Notes under the pieces: generated by a model
What the model saw: the letters and a program-made list of their open reading frames with translations, nothing else
Database searches by the model: none
What the model was told of the DNA's origin: nothing
NCBI GenBank assembly: GCA_051362555.1
Contig: CM120644.1
Coordinates: 8,626,954 to 8,690,953, forward strand
Direction of reading: 5' to 3'
Length of the DNA: 64,000 nt
Source of the DNA: Lingula anatina
Lineage: Eukaryota > Animalia > Brachiopoda
In this document: positions 1-13,078 of the stretch, piece after piece
How the letters are laid out: the number at the start of each line of letters is the position of its first letter
Numbering within the stretch: position 1 is the first letter of the stretch
Translations under genes and position numbers: made by a program

Positions 1-548
1 GCAGGTCAAGTTCGAAAATCAGCATGATCAGGCCATTTTTAGGGAAGTTTTGCTTTTTTTTTCACTTTTTTCAGCATATATGCAACACCGTAAACACGAT
101 AAGTGGAAAACCGTTTTACCTTTTGGTTTGAAACTTACAGAACTGATGAATTTGTATAATACGCAGGTCAAGTTTGAAAATCAGCATGATCGGGTCATTT
201 TTAGGGAAGTTTTGCTTTTTTTTCACTTTTTTCAGCATATATGCAACACCGTAAACACGATAAGTGGAAAACCGTTTTACCTTTTGGTTTGAAACTTACA
301 GAACTGATGAATTTGTATAATACGCAGGTCAAGTTCGAAAATCAGCATGATCAGGCCATTTTTAGGGAAGTTTTGCTTTTTTTTCACTTTTTTCAGCATA
401 TATGCAACACCTTAAACACGATAAGTGGAAAACCGTTTTACCTTTTGGTTTGAAACTTACAGAACTGATGAATATTTATAATACACAGGTCTAGTTTGTA
501 AATCAGCATGATTGGGTCATTTTTAGGGAAGTTATGATTTTTTTTCAC
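1..548. repeat. Tandem satellite, unit about 161-162 bp, about 3.4 copies, runs off the window start
   Basis: Unit start GCAGGTCAAGTTYGAAAATCAGCATGAT at 1, 163 and 324, with a diverged copy at 485. The near-identical ORFs 50-292 and 241-453 come from this periodicity. Confidence 0.95.
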
Positions 549-629
549 ATTTTCTCTGATTCAATTCTTAGGCATGTTAAATAGTCTCATTATTGAACTA
601 ATAAGATTTGTAAAAGTGTTTTTTTGACA

Positions 630-1100
630 TTTCCTGCATCTTTACAACATTGTTAGTTGACTATATAAAAATGATGGTAAACTTGTTATCGTGTATTGTG
701 TAATGAAGTGTCAAAAATGGAAATAAACCCATATCATTGCAGTTTGTCAGATTCAATCATCCACTATGTTCAGAATCTCAGAATGGAGGAAATCGGACAT
801 TTAATACTGTTCTATTGATATTTTTCCCATCTCATCAATTTTCTTAGTTGGTCATATAAAAATGGCAGTAAACTGTTAATTTTGTGTTATGTTAAAAAAG
901 TGTTAAAAATGGAAATAAACCCATTTCAGAAAAGTGCTGTCTTGTTTACATTTTGGCATTTTCAAGATGTGACTTTGAAGTTCCATGGGCCTGAAGACCT
1001 TTGCTAGTCACATTTTCTGAATATCCATGATACTAATATTTTATTATAAAAAATTGATGGTCATTATGCTGTTAAACATTATGTAATATTGCATCAAAAT
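630..1100 (+). repeat. Interspersed repeat, copy 1 (copy 2 at about 24770-25200)
   Basis: Colinear shared blocks such as TATATAAAAATGATG, GTGTATTGTGTAAT, CATTGCAGTTTGTCAGATTCAATC and GTTCAGAATCTCAGAATGGAG occur in both places. Confidence 0.8.
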
Positions 1101-2121
1101 TTGAAGAAACCCCTATTTTGGGCACTGCTCCCATAATGACCATTTAAGGAAAATCATGTCACTTACTGTTCTCAAACTTACAGGAAAGAAACATGGGACT
1201 AAAATACAGCTTCAGTAGGCAATGCAGTCTGTTTGGTAATTTTTCTGGCAGTTAAACAGTTTTTTGTGAAAATTTAATTTTTCACATATTGGCTTGGAGT
1301 GCTTTTCTAGTTTTGTTATGTTTTCCTTTTTAATTTTTTCTCAAACACTGGCATTTGTGACTTTTAACTCTCATCTGCCTTAGGCTCTGCACATTTTCTA
1401 TATTTCCACATAAGCAGTTGTATTGTTTTTTCTGTCTTTAAACATTATGTAATATTATTTTATGCACTGTCATCATTTTTCAAATATTGAGACTTTCATC
1501 ATGAGAATTTGAACTCTCATGGTCCTGAAACTGTAATCTTACTGAAGGGGTCTGGGTCTTCCGGAAGACGGTCAGGTTATTAAGTTTATATTGACTGGTA
1601 TCTATTTTTTTCTGTTGGAAGACCAAAAAAAATGGAGGATGGATCAACATAGATACTTTGGAATACTGTCAGAAAATATCTCTGGGTTCGCTCCTGTTAT
1701 TGACCATGGTACCTGTTGTGCATGATTAAAATTCAGTGTTGACTGACAGTGCTATTATAAGCATTATTTATTATTGCATCAAAATTGACAAAATGACCTA
1801 TTTTGCATCTTTATTTTCTGTTTTTTGTCTGTACATTTGACAGCTTTGCTGCCTTGTTATAACAAGCATAGCTAGGTACAATACTGTGAAAGTTGCTCAT
1901 AGGCATTTTACAGGTTGATGTTGAAAGTGGAGTGTTATTAGTAATTTTAAAAGTTTTGATTATTAAAGTTTTGTAGTTAAGATTATAGAAGGGCAATTTA
2001 AACATGTTGAAAGTCAACATTTTACTCTTTGCATTGAAATTTACATTCCGTTCCTTACTAAAATAAAATGTTGCTTTTTGTTTATTTATTTTATTTATTT
2101 ATTTATTTATTAACCCTCTAG

Positions 2122-5100
2122 GTTCTCCATGGATCAGCTCTGTGGCATGTGGAGTAATGGCAGTTATCAGATGGGCAAACTCCCTCCATGGCTCCCTCTT
2201 TCCTCATCTTTCAGTAATGATATATGCATCAAAAATACCAAATTTATTTCTTACACTGACAGATTAGGCTGTTCATTTGGCAAAGTTTTCCAAATATTAA
2301 TTGCTTACAACAGAACTGTCGTATTTCATGCACATGCCCAATATAAGTTTACCTTGCAAAATTGTTGTTAATCATAATGTCTTTTTCTCCTTATTTCGAA
2401 AGAGATTTCTTTTCATTGAGAGCTACTTGAAATAGTTAATTTAATTTAGTGAGCTTATGTTATTGTTTATCTGAGATGAGTCTGATATGGCTGTCTTTCT
2501 ATATTCTAGCTTTCCAATGAAGACATGATTGCTGAGTTTTCTTCATCCTCAGACTGGTACATTTTTTTTTTTTTTTAATTGTCAGTTTTTTAAACACTTT
2601 GGCTAAACAAGCTATCAAATTAATTTAATTTTAATCTAGCAAGAGAAATTGAACTGTAATTTATATGTGGTATATTTAATAAGTCATGTAACAGTTACTG
2701 ATGATAAAACTGGATTTATAATGGTGCTAAAAGGTTGCCCATGTGTCTGAAATACTAAGAAATACTCTGCTGATCTGAGGTAATGCTGGATAAAATAATA
2801 TGTTTTTGTTTTCTCTGCCCTCCCCCCACCCACCCATAGGAGGCATGGTCCTATCAGAGCATTTTCATGGCACCCTCACACAGCCAAGTTTGCCCTAGCG
2901 CTGAGGGATGATTCTGTCAGAGTTTATACCACAGGGGTAGGCATAGTGCCCACTCTGAAACATAAGCTACAGAAGGGTGTGGCAGACTTGGCGTGGCAGT
3001 AAGTATTTTTAATCCTCATTTCTCAGTAAACTCTTCACACACATGCACACACGCACACACACACATATATATAATTTTTTTTTTTTTTTTGCCAAATAAA
3101 TGAATCTTTTTAGCCAAGTCAGATTTCTTAAACCTAATCAAGGATAAATCTGGTAAAACATTTTGAACTGAGGTTTGAATCAGGTGAGAAACAGCTAAAT
3201 ATGTTACATCTTCCTTAGCTTCAGTAGCATAATGTTAGCATTTTGGAGTTTCACTTGCTAACATAAGCTCTAAATGTCATTTTGGCAAGGACCAGCGGTC
3301 ACCTTCATGACGTTTGTCATAAATATGAGTTATACAAGTTCTGTAAGGTTTCTTACAGAACTTGTATAACTCATATTTATTCACTCAAGATTACCATTGT
3401 TGTCTGTAGTAATTCTGGCTATATTTCCCCCAGGCCTTTGTCAGCCTCAGTTCTAGCAGTGGCATGTCAAACCTGTGTCTTGATATGGCATGTGGATCCA
3501 CTGTCAATGGCAACAAGGTAAGACAGGTTTTGTGTCAAGTCAAGGTCACTGCCCTTTTTTTAGATTTAAGAATAACTTGATAATCTTTCAAGAACAGTGT
3601 GTATTAGTTTCTTACCTGACTTTTAACATAGTATTAAATTTTCTGATTGATGTCAAAACTTTGATATATTGAAATTGTCTTGCTATGATATTTGTCAGCT
3701 ATTTTGAAGGTATATTTGTTATAAAACACAGAAATACATATATGTTCTACTTTGGTTTATACTAAATTTGTATCAAAAATATTGGTCCTAAAATGTTGAA
3801 TAGAAAACCTAGGTTTTCAGTCATTGCAATATGTCTTAGATGACATGATCATTAATTGTAAAAACCGTGTTCAGGCCGTCCACTAGTTCAGTCCAGGTTC
3901 TAAGCCATCCAGGACACGGTCCAGTGACTAGTCTCGCCTGGTGTCCACAAGGGGGCGTCTTGGTATCTGCCTCGCCAGTGGACACTGCCATGATGATCTG
4001 GGATGTTGCCATGGAGACTGCCATACCACTGCGCCGTGTGGGTGGCGGTGGTGTGTCGATGCTGAGGTGGTCAGCTGATGGGTCAAAGTTGTTCTCTGGT
4101 ACACCTTCTACTGTGTTCAGGTGAGGAGGCAGTGGACTCTGTGAGGAATACTGAAAATTAATATAATTGTGATGGTATTTGTTTGAGTGGTCATCTAATG
4201 GGTCAAAGTTGTTCTCTGGGCCACCATTTACTGTGTTCAGGTTAGTAAGCTGTGGACATGTGGAGGAGTATGATGATATTTATTTGAGTGGTCAGTTGAT
4301 AAATCGAAGTTTTTCTCTGGGACACCATCAACTGTGTTCAGGTCAGTAAGCAGTTGACTAGGTAGAAGAATATTTAGAGTTAATAAAAATCTTATAATTA
4401 TATAATGATGTAAGTATGATATTGTATAAATGAGTGAATGAATGAATGTATGGTGTGATGATTATTGTCTTGTGTTTGTGGAAATGCCCATTAAACATGG
4501 TAACAATGATTGATCCTTACATAGAAAGGATTTAATGTTGAAAGACCAAAAGTGGCATTAAAGATAAATCTTATTTAAACTTTATGTAGTTTGAATTGAA
4601 ATCGCGCCAGAAGGTAGGTGAAAGTAATTAAGGTCATTTGCTTAAATAATTGTGTTTATTTATAACATAAACACATGATTGCAGGTGAATTGCTAGGATT
4701 TGTTTAATATTTTGTAAATATACCTAATTCCTTGGTTAGCACACTTTTTAGCATGTAGTAACAATATGAATGCTCAACATATACTGTTCAAGAGTTTTGT
4801 CAATATCTTTCATATTTGCTAGGGTTTGGGAAACACAGACATGGAGCTGTGAGAAGTGGACCAAGCTGACAGGCAGGTGTCAGGTGAGAGAAGGTGTTCT
4901 AAGTACTGAAGTTTGCAATTTCTCAACTAGCACACTGGGAGCAATGCTGTCAGATTGCATTCATCACACTTAACACAATAACTTGTCTATTGTGTAGTTG
5001 TTAAAGTTGCACAGCTCATTACACTGTTATGCCACAGATATCATGCATTACAATACCCGTCAGCCTCAAATACAAAACTAAATAATTATTGGGCTTGAAT

Positions 5101-5533
5101 TTGTCTGTTTGTATCATGCCTGAAGTTATATAATTTTCAAATTAAATGTAACACAGGGGCACTCCTCCGCCATATTCATACATAGTAGAATGATAATGGA
5201 ACACAATCAGAATAATAATGTCATGTCTAACACAACATTGATTGCCTGCATTCTCCAGGCTGCTTGTTGGAGTCCTGATGGCACTGTACTGCTGTTTGCC
5301 ACCAAGGAGGAGCCTGTGATATATCTCTTGAAATTCACCTCAACCTTGGATGGAACAGATCATTCAATTGGTGGGTCCAAGGTGGCTGTGAGCTCAGTTG
5401 ACCTATCAGTGGTGGAGTTAGAAAATGAGGATGGACCTCAAAGGTACATGTTTTACCTCTTTGAAATTTTTTTTTCATCAATTTCTGAAAGTGTGATGAC
5501 AAAAAAGTGAAATCTGTATAATAATATTTTCTT

Positions 5534-5615
<82 letters not shown>

Positions 5616-5773
5616 TCATTGTTTTTGGGACAAAGAGAAAGTGTGGAAGTTCCAAGTCATATATTTTCATAATGTTCTAGATTTGTTGCCTTCTAGATTT
5701 GGGGGCTGTGTGCAGACAATGGCATGGGATCCTAGTGGAGAGAGATTAGCAGTGCAATTTAAAGGTAGCGTCA

Positions 5774-5810
<37 letters not shown>

Positions 5811-6942
5811 GTGTGTAATTGGGTATGCATACCAAGCAATGCTTATTTGTGTGTATGTGTTTAATGTTTGTCCAAATGCAAGTATGCACTTTAGGGGTGT
5901 TTTTGGTTGGGGGGTTGAAAATGATTTTACATGTGGAGCAGTTGTTACTTGCCAATGGCTAACTCTTGTGTGAATATATTTATATTGAAATATTTCTTTT
6001 ATTTAGACTAGTTAAGTATTTAGGTTATATTTATAATTTACTGTTGATTCTAATATTAACCATGACACAAGATACTGATGTGTAGTGCACATGGCAGATG
6101 TCTTTTAGACTGTCTGTTGTTTTATGAAAGGTTCAAGAAATGTATTTGTGTAGAGTAGGCACTTGTTTGTCATTCATTAATAAATATTCTATTATGTTTG
6201 TTCTAGGTGAAAACTCAGATCTCATTGCTCTCTTTAGAACTCGTGTGTCACCTGTCTTTGAAATAATGCCATGGTAAGTTATTATTATTATTTTTTATTT
6301 AAAGACATAAAGCATGTTCTTATATATAGTATACAGGACGTAAATGTGCTTGTAGAATGCCATTGTATGAAATAACAATCAGATCGGTTCCAGGCCTATG
6401 CCTCGTGGACTGGGACTGAGACCTGTACCTGAAATATTTTCTTTCCAGTGGTATAGTGAGAGGGGAAGAGGGTGCAGAGGCTCAGATGATTGCCTTTCAA
6501 CCCACTTTTGAACGACAGGGGGCACTGCTGTCAGTTGTGAGTAGTGTGTTGCTGGTGGACTGTCGTTACAGTTGTAGTTGTCGTCTGCTGTTTGTAATCT
6601 CAATCTGAGGACATTTTGTACTTGGAGAAAATTGCATGGTCCAGTTTCACGTTATGACAGGTTCTCACAAAAATATCCTGCTGCCTGGCAGGTTGAAGAT
6701 ACATCCAGTTCTTTCAAGAAATTCTAAATACTCCACAGATATTTTTGTAGGTCTTGTCAGCTTATTATAATTATTATTGTAATTATTCGTTTATATTACA
6801 GGTTTGGTCCACAGGACAAGTTTCATTCATCCCTCTTTTCTTCCTGCCATCATCAGCGGTAATTACAGACAGACCGATGGCAGTCAGAACTTCCAATGGA
6901 CAGATGGAAAATGGCTTTTTGCACACCCATCCAGGCTTGTAA
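2122..6942 (+). CDS. AAAS: Aladin, WD40 nucleoporin; 5' exons not found in the window
   Basis: Phase-consistent GT-AG exons 2122-2213, 2510-2556, 2840-2998, 3434-3517, 3875-4120, 4823-4883, 5259-5443, 5697-5764, 6207-6273, 6449-6536, 6802-6942 (stop). Peptides match aladin as recalled: [114 protein letters not shown]. Confidence 0.96.
4066..4370 (+). repeat. Triplicated 3' end of an AAAS exon, including its splice donor
   Basis: GTGGTCA...AAGTTKTTCTCTGG..CACC....ACTGTGTTCAG|GT occurs three times, with GT donors at 4121, 4241 and 4342. Confidence 0.85.
5538..5612. repeat. (TA)n microsatellite in an AAAS intron; (GT)n follows at about 5777-5816
   Basis: Read directly. Confidence 0.95.
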
Positions 6943-7309
6943 AGATGAAATAGCACGAAGTGAAGGAACAGTGCAGATACTTGAGCAATTATGGTGGTGG
7001 TGTAATTGCACGACCCTTGGCTTTAACTTGTATGTCGTATTTGTAATGATTGGTGGAACGATCACATTCTTTCCATTTCACGACCTGCTTTCTCCCAGCT
7101 CACTTTGACATAAAATATCTGCCGTTCGTTAATCAAGTCTTTTTTTTTCCTCTAAGATAACATTCAATCTGGAGAGTTCAAGTCTTCTTCAAAGCGCATT
7201 GAAAAGTCATAGTTCTTTATATCATTTTAAAATGGTATGATTATTACCCCCTTTCAAGAAAGATTACTCTAGAAAGAATGGTAAGCCATGTGCATGTAAT
7301 TATTTACAT

Positions 7310-7315
7310 AATAAA
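7310..7315 (+). terminator. Candidate AAAS polyadenylation signal AATAAA
   Basis: AATAAA about 370 nt after the AAAS stop, followed by GT-rich sequence (TCTGTTTGTGTTTG). Confidence 0.4.
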
Positions 7316-7594
7316 AATAGCGTCTGTTTGTGTTTGAACCCCGCTATTTATTTATTATTTAGAGCAGGTTATTAGTACCGGTATCTGGATGCCGTCTGTT
7401 ATTTCCAGTCTGATTCCTTTATAAATATATATATTTTTACTTTTAATCATGACATCTTTGTGCAAAATTTCTCCGAGCGGTTCTGTAAAAAATACGTCTG
7501 GCAACGCACTTAAGAACCAATCGTTTATGTAAAGCAAAGATAGAGTTGTGTAAGTTTTCATAATAATATCATCATCACGCGGACCTTTCTGTTG

Positions 7595-7820
7595 AGCCGT
7601 GTGCAAACAGCGCGTGCCCGAGGGTGCAACTATACTCTTACTCGGTAAGATGAACCAAATTGACAAGAACAAAATTATTTGTGGTGAACCATTTTTTCTT
7701 TCATTTTATATATGTACTGTCAACTCCAATCCATCAGGAAAACCAAAGAGCAGGAAATTGCAAGTGTTTTCCAGAGTTAGGTTTGTATTCATCTCTCAAA
7801 AACATCCTTTTAACCCAACA
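7595..7820 (+). repeat. Interspersed repeat, copy 1 (copy 2 at about 14885-15112)
   Basis: Both copies share GTGCAAACARCGCGTGC, CAAGAACAAAATTA, GTCAACTCCAATCCA.CAGGAAAACCAA and CATCTCTCAAAAACATCCTTTTA. Confidence 0.88.
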
Positions 7821-8165
7821 AAATATTTGATTGACAAAACAAGACTTTAAAGAAGTTTAAGTTTAACAACAAAGATATTATAGAAATTCACGTTAATTTT
7901 TATAAATCAGTCATCAAAAATAAATATTATCCTAAATAAGTTGAACGTGAGAGGATAGATCAGGGTTGCTTGCGATTAAATGTAGAAGATATCACACTAG
8001 ATGAAACTTCTTTACCAGCAGTCTGGCATGATTTTATAAGCAGTAGATCTAACAAGAGTAAATCTAACTAATTGCCTATCTTAGTGATACCTTATTGCAG
8101 CTTCACTGTGAACAATTACACATAAATGTCTTACACATAAATATGACTGCATTCCCACAGATTAA

Positions 8166-8379
8166 GACCCCATTCCTAGAGATTAGATCGATCCAACTAG
8201 ATCGACCTAACTCCCTGGGGGTTCACGCTAAATAGCTGTCAGCCGAGTGGGCATGAAAGTTAATTACTCCCTTACAGCTTGTAGTAGGCGGGACGGACAT
8301 TTAAGCTAGATTATCTGACAGTAATCTAGTGAGACTCCCCACGGGGATAGATCGATCTAAAATATTTGGGAATGCGCCC
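8166..8379. mobile_element. PIF/Harbinger-like (Tourist-type) MITE; inverted sister copy at 45167-45392
   Basis: Imperfect TIRs (CATTCC...TAGATCGATC), flanked by TAA and TTA. Reverse-complement homology over the full length to 45167-45392. Partial extra copy at about 8397-8422. Confidence 0.8.
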
Positions 8380-9849
8380 TTAGATAGACCCATCTGGATC
8401 GACCTAACTCCCTGGGGGTTCATGAATATGGAAAGATAATTTAAAAATGAATTAAAGTAATGCAAGCACTTTGTAAATAGTCAGTCTCTGTGAGCTCTTT
8501 CGTTGCGACGATTAAAGTCACTTTTCGTTCCTCGAAGTTCAGGTAGCGTTTCACCAAGCTCAATTGTTTTACAAAGCACACTATAATTACAACTAGCATT
8601 TTTCAAAGTTAAATAGCAGGCCACAGCTGTTAAGACACAGTCTTAAGTTTGAACGACAACGTATTTAGTAGCCTCTGAACTCTTGGTAGCGCCTGGTCTG
8701 GAAGTAGATCATCTACGTGGGATGTTGCATGGGAACGTCTGCTGACAATGTCCATCTAGAATTTAATGTCATGCTGACTGTCACACAGTCCTCCTGGTTG
8801 AGGACATCACCCAAGATGGTCAGGACATGCTGGGGGAGGGGGTTGCCATTCGTTCGGCGAATTGCCTAGCACTCTTCAGACTTTTGCCTGGAACCAAAGT
8901 TTCTGACTCCCAGACGGTAACAAAAAAATCACCAGACTCCTGGTCTGGAAATGCTCATCCGACCTTCCATGCCGGGCACATCACAGGACCGTACATTTTG
9001 TTCGTTGCCGTCCTCCAACGGCACCACCTGTGTTTGCATAACAGCTTACAATCATGGGTGCCGGCTTCCAGTCAGCATCTCTTCAGGTTCGTGTCAGGTT
9101 CTTTTGGCTCAAGGGAGGACTGGATTCTTGTAGCTTGAACCCTGCAGCACCCCGAAGCATTGCTTTGGACAGTGGACAGCTTGTTCTAGCAGACTCAACC
9201 ACAGGCGGTGCCCTTCAGATTACATCGCTTGGCCTGTGGCTCCTAGACTTTGCCTTCCAATAGCGAGTTTCCATCGAGGACGTCACTTTCTTTGTAGCTT
9301 GCTGGACCACAGCAACGTTCATGGTGAACTGTCTCGATCTACCATTGGAAAGGTTCAGCAACTGCACCAAAAATCGGATTCTTGGCCACTTTTCTCTTAA
9401 GTGCTTGCAGTACATTAATCAACAAAACTTTACAAAAAATAATGCGTTAAAATTACATTTATCATATGGAATGCATATAATTATATATAATTCCCATTCC
9501 TTTAATGTATAAGCTAAACGGAATTCTCGCTGAGGTTAACCCTCAACATTGTTTTAGGAACTATTTATAATATCCTGTTATAATAAGAGAGAAAATTCAA
9601 GAATTAGCCGAAACATCATGCATCATGGTGCATGAATCGGTAATAATTTAATAAGAAAATATTTTACGTTAATTTAGAAAGACATCCCAAAGCATAATGT
9701 TAAAATATTTACTGAAAGGTTAAAGACGATATACGGGACACAGGCGAATCGAATCTAGACAAGGCGAGCAGAGACTATAAAGTGAACCAAAAATATTAAC
9801 AGGCAGTCATAAGATGAGTTTCATTAATATAACTTATTTAACACAATAG

Positions 9850-10078
9850 CTGACTGTGACCAAATGAGAAAATTGAGCATGACTACAAGTGACTAACAGC
9901 GACTAAGGAGAAATGAATGAAACCATATGGGGAACGATTATGACGATATGAGAAAATCAATATGACCATATCGACTGACCTAATGAGAAAATCAATATGA
10001 TCATATATGGAATTGACTGTGACTTGTTGAGAAAATCAATGTGACCACATGGAATGATTATAACCAGATGAGAAAATA
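9850..10078. repeat. Degenerate minisatellite, unit about 35-45 bp, core TGAGAAAATCAATATGACCA
   Basis: Core GAGAAAAT or GAGAAAT recurs about six times at regular spacing. Confidence 0.7.
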
Positions 10079-10509
10079 AAAAAAAAATGTGATCAGTTTT
10101 TCCTCAGCATAAAAAAGGTCTCATAAACATAGATTGAAGCAGCGCCACAGCTTTGTGAATTTGGTCTTGAATTTTTAAATTTTTCCTTTGATTATGATTT
10201 TTATATTATAATGGAAACAAGGCAGGAAAGCTGTCAAATGTGCAGACAAAAAGCAGGAAATAATGATGCACATAATCGGCTACTGTCAATTTTGATGCAA
10301 TAATACTTAATGCTTTACAGCAAGGTCAACACCAAATTTTAATTATGCACAACAGGTAATATGGATGTACGTAAAATGCGTTACTAGCATAAGGCTTCAG
10401 GTCCATCAAAGTTCAACTTCACACTGTGAAAATGCCAGAATGAGAGAAAAAAACAAAGTGAAAGGACTTTCCTCAATACTGTACCAACTACAGATAGTCT
10501 AAGGGGACC

Positions 10510-11370
10510 TACACCTACTGGGCGACCGTTTTAGCTTTCCTAAATGATATATTGGTTCTAGGAAAGTCCTTTGAAGATCACATAAAAGATTAAAGGGAAG
10601 CCCTGGCAAGATTCCTTGCCTATGGACTGAAACGTAGACCCGAAAAATTTGCGTTCTTTCGGGAAAAATCGAGCTTCTAGGCTGCACAGTGACGGGAGAC
10701 ACCCTCGCCGTGTAGGATCACGATGTGAAGGCGGTGGAAGATTGGCCAATTCCAGAATCTTCTAAGAACGTGGGATGGAAAGAAGAACTTTCAATGGGGA
10801 GAGAAGCAGTAAGCGTCCTTTAATTACTTAAAAGAAGCGCTGACTTCACCCCCAGTTCTTGCAGTTCAAACGGGAACTGATGAGCCACACTGGATACGGA
10901 CGCTAGCAAATACGCCGTAGGAGCCTAACTGATCCAAGTTCAGAACGGACAGGAGAGGGTGGTTGCTTATGGTAGTTATGGTTTCACTAAAGAGCAAAGG
11001 CACTATTGCACAACCGCCAAAACAATTTCTGGCATATGTGAGATTCACAAGGCAGTTGAGACATTACTTGTTGAGAAAAACGTTGAAAGTCAGGACTGGC
11101 CATTTTAGCCTAAGATGGTTGATGATATTTCGTCAGCCGTGGGGGCAATTGCAATAAAATTATAGTATGGTGCTATCCCATCGTGCTGGGCGCAAACATG
11201 GGAAATCGGACACTCTGGCCAAAGTTGGCCACGCAAGTAAGACTGTGCATAACCTTCAGCACCAAAGGGCGTCTGGATGACCTACCATGTAGTAGGTGCG
11301 AGTATTGTAAGCGGGTAAGAGGAACTGGGCCAGGTTTGAAGAAAACATGGACGATGTAGTGCCATAAGCG
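10510..11370 (+). mobile_element. Decayed Ty3/Gypsy LTR-retrotransposon pol fragment (RT C-terminus and RNase H)
   Basis: Translation across stops and frameshifts: VLAFLNDILVLGKSFEDHIKD*REALARFLAYGLK..EK..FF..KIELLG (YxDD region); KEALTSPPVLA; LDTDASKYAVGA*LIQVQNGQERVVAYGS..QRHYCTT; FTRQLRHYLL..VRTGHFSLRWL; HRAGRKHGKSDTL. Confidence 0.92.
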
Positions 11371-11674
11371 ACTTGGAGAGTTGATGGCACAGATCCACTA
11401 GATACATCCAAGGTGATTTTTTTTTTATCTGACTAGAATGGAAACGATGGCAAGACAGTCAATGCTGTAACAGTGGACTCAAAGAGGGAGTATACTGAAC
11501 AGTCAGTGTTCAAGGAGAGAGAGCAGAAAGTATCCCAAGGGCGGGCGTGGAAGATATGCCAGGGTGCATAGTTTTACATGCTGTGTTTAACAGTTTTCCC
11601 TGGGAACCAGATATCATCCAGGTGAATGTATTAGAGACTCGTCGCCTGGGTAAAGACCCTGAGATTGAGGATTC

Positions 11675-11710
<36 letters not shown>

Positions 11711-12480
11711 ATCTCAGGCGAGGGACCATCAGGGAAGTGATGGTGTAACTGCCGCCAACCCTGGCAGGGGAGGTTAATGGTGGAGTGCGACTTCCGTGGT
11801 GAATGGTACCACGGTGCCTGTGTAAATTAATGTTACAGCCACTGAAGCACTAGACATAAAAAAGTATGTCTCCGGATTTTTTTTTTACTTAGAGCAGAAT
11901 TAAGTGCTAATTTAAGACGAAGAGATCTTAATTACACTTAAACGCTTGTTAAGAGAAATGTTGAAAATTACTCACACATAGGTAAAGAAATTATGTGTGT
12001 TGCTTATTCATTTCTGCCCCTTTTCATTCAGATGAAGGACGAGGCATTGTGAAAATTGGTAGCCAAAATGAAGAGGACACTCGCCAGGCATATTGAGCTC
12101 CTCTAAGATGCTGGCTGAGAGATTACCACGAGCCCTAGAAGTTTATCAGAAGAGGCAAGGCCCATATTAAGGGGACAGTTAAGGGATTTGCGACACGGTA
12201 AACTCCATTTCTCGAATTTTGTAGATCTAGTACTCAGTCTGTACACTAGACACATATTTGGATCGATTCCCACCCTATAATCTGTATAACAAATATATTG
12301 GAAGGAATAAAAGCGTTTTAGAAAGCCTCACCTCAATATGCAAAAGTGAAGCGACAGATCTGGGTCACGTGGTATTGTGACGACATACAAGCCAAGGGTC
12401 TTTGAGAATCAGCTGAGCTACAGACTGAATACAGTGAAGTTAGGGAAGGTCGTGTCGAACGGAGTTGGTCAATTTTCATT

Positions 12481-12752
12481 ATGCCTAGTGTGTTGCAGTT
12501 GGATGCACTAAAAAGCAGCAAAGGTTCTGTCATTCATATGTTTGCATTTCCAAAGGACCCAGGTTTGAGGCAAACGCGGACAATTAAATTAGAAAGGAAG
12601 AACTTCATACCAACCAATTACTCGAGACTTCGCTCTGATCACTTTAAAAGGGATGCGTACGATCGGTACACTGGAATTTGTTACGTCTGAGTATGGAAAA
12701 TGCGTATAAGAGGCCTAGACTCAAACCAGATGCCATACCTGCAATATTTATT
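12481..12752 (+). pseudogene. Decayed THAP zinc-finger domain, probably from a DNA transposon
   Basis: MP..CVAVGCT (frameshifted), FAFPKDPGLR, FIPTNYSRL(R)SDHF, RLKPDAIPAIF. The conserved Trp and second-half Cys codons now read CGG and CGC. Confidence 0.8.
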
Positions 12753-13078
12753 TTCACCAAACAGCCCGTGTTTTCAGGGCTACATACGTGTTCGCGAAAA
12801 GTGATACCGTAATGTTCAAACCAATAAAGCAACAATAAAATAACACCCTCTTGTCACATCTCCAGGGCGAAACAATTATAAACCTCTGAGAAAAATTAAA
12901 CACACCTATCTGCCAAAATCACCCTGCCACCCAAGGGCAAGAAAAAAGAATACAGAATGCTCACACGGCTCTGAACACCGCGTGCGTCAGAATAAAAGAA
13001 CGAAACCGCCTAAACATCCACTGAATTGTCTTAAACCTTGTTAAAACATGCGAGTTCTTAAAAGATGAAAATAACTTA

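Noticed and set aside
50-453. Two near-identical ORFs suggesting a duplicated small gene
   Set aside because: They arise from the 161-bp satellite periodicity and show no protein family signal.
1540-1700. Possible additional upstream AAAS exon
   Set aside because: No convincing match to the aladin N-terminus and no clean splice sites.
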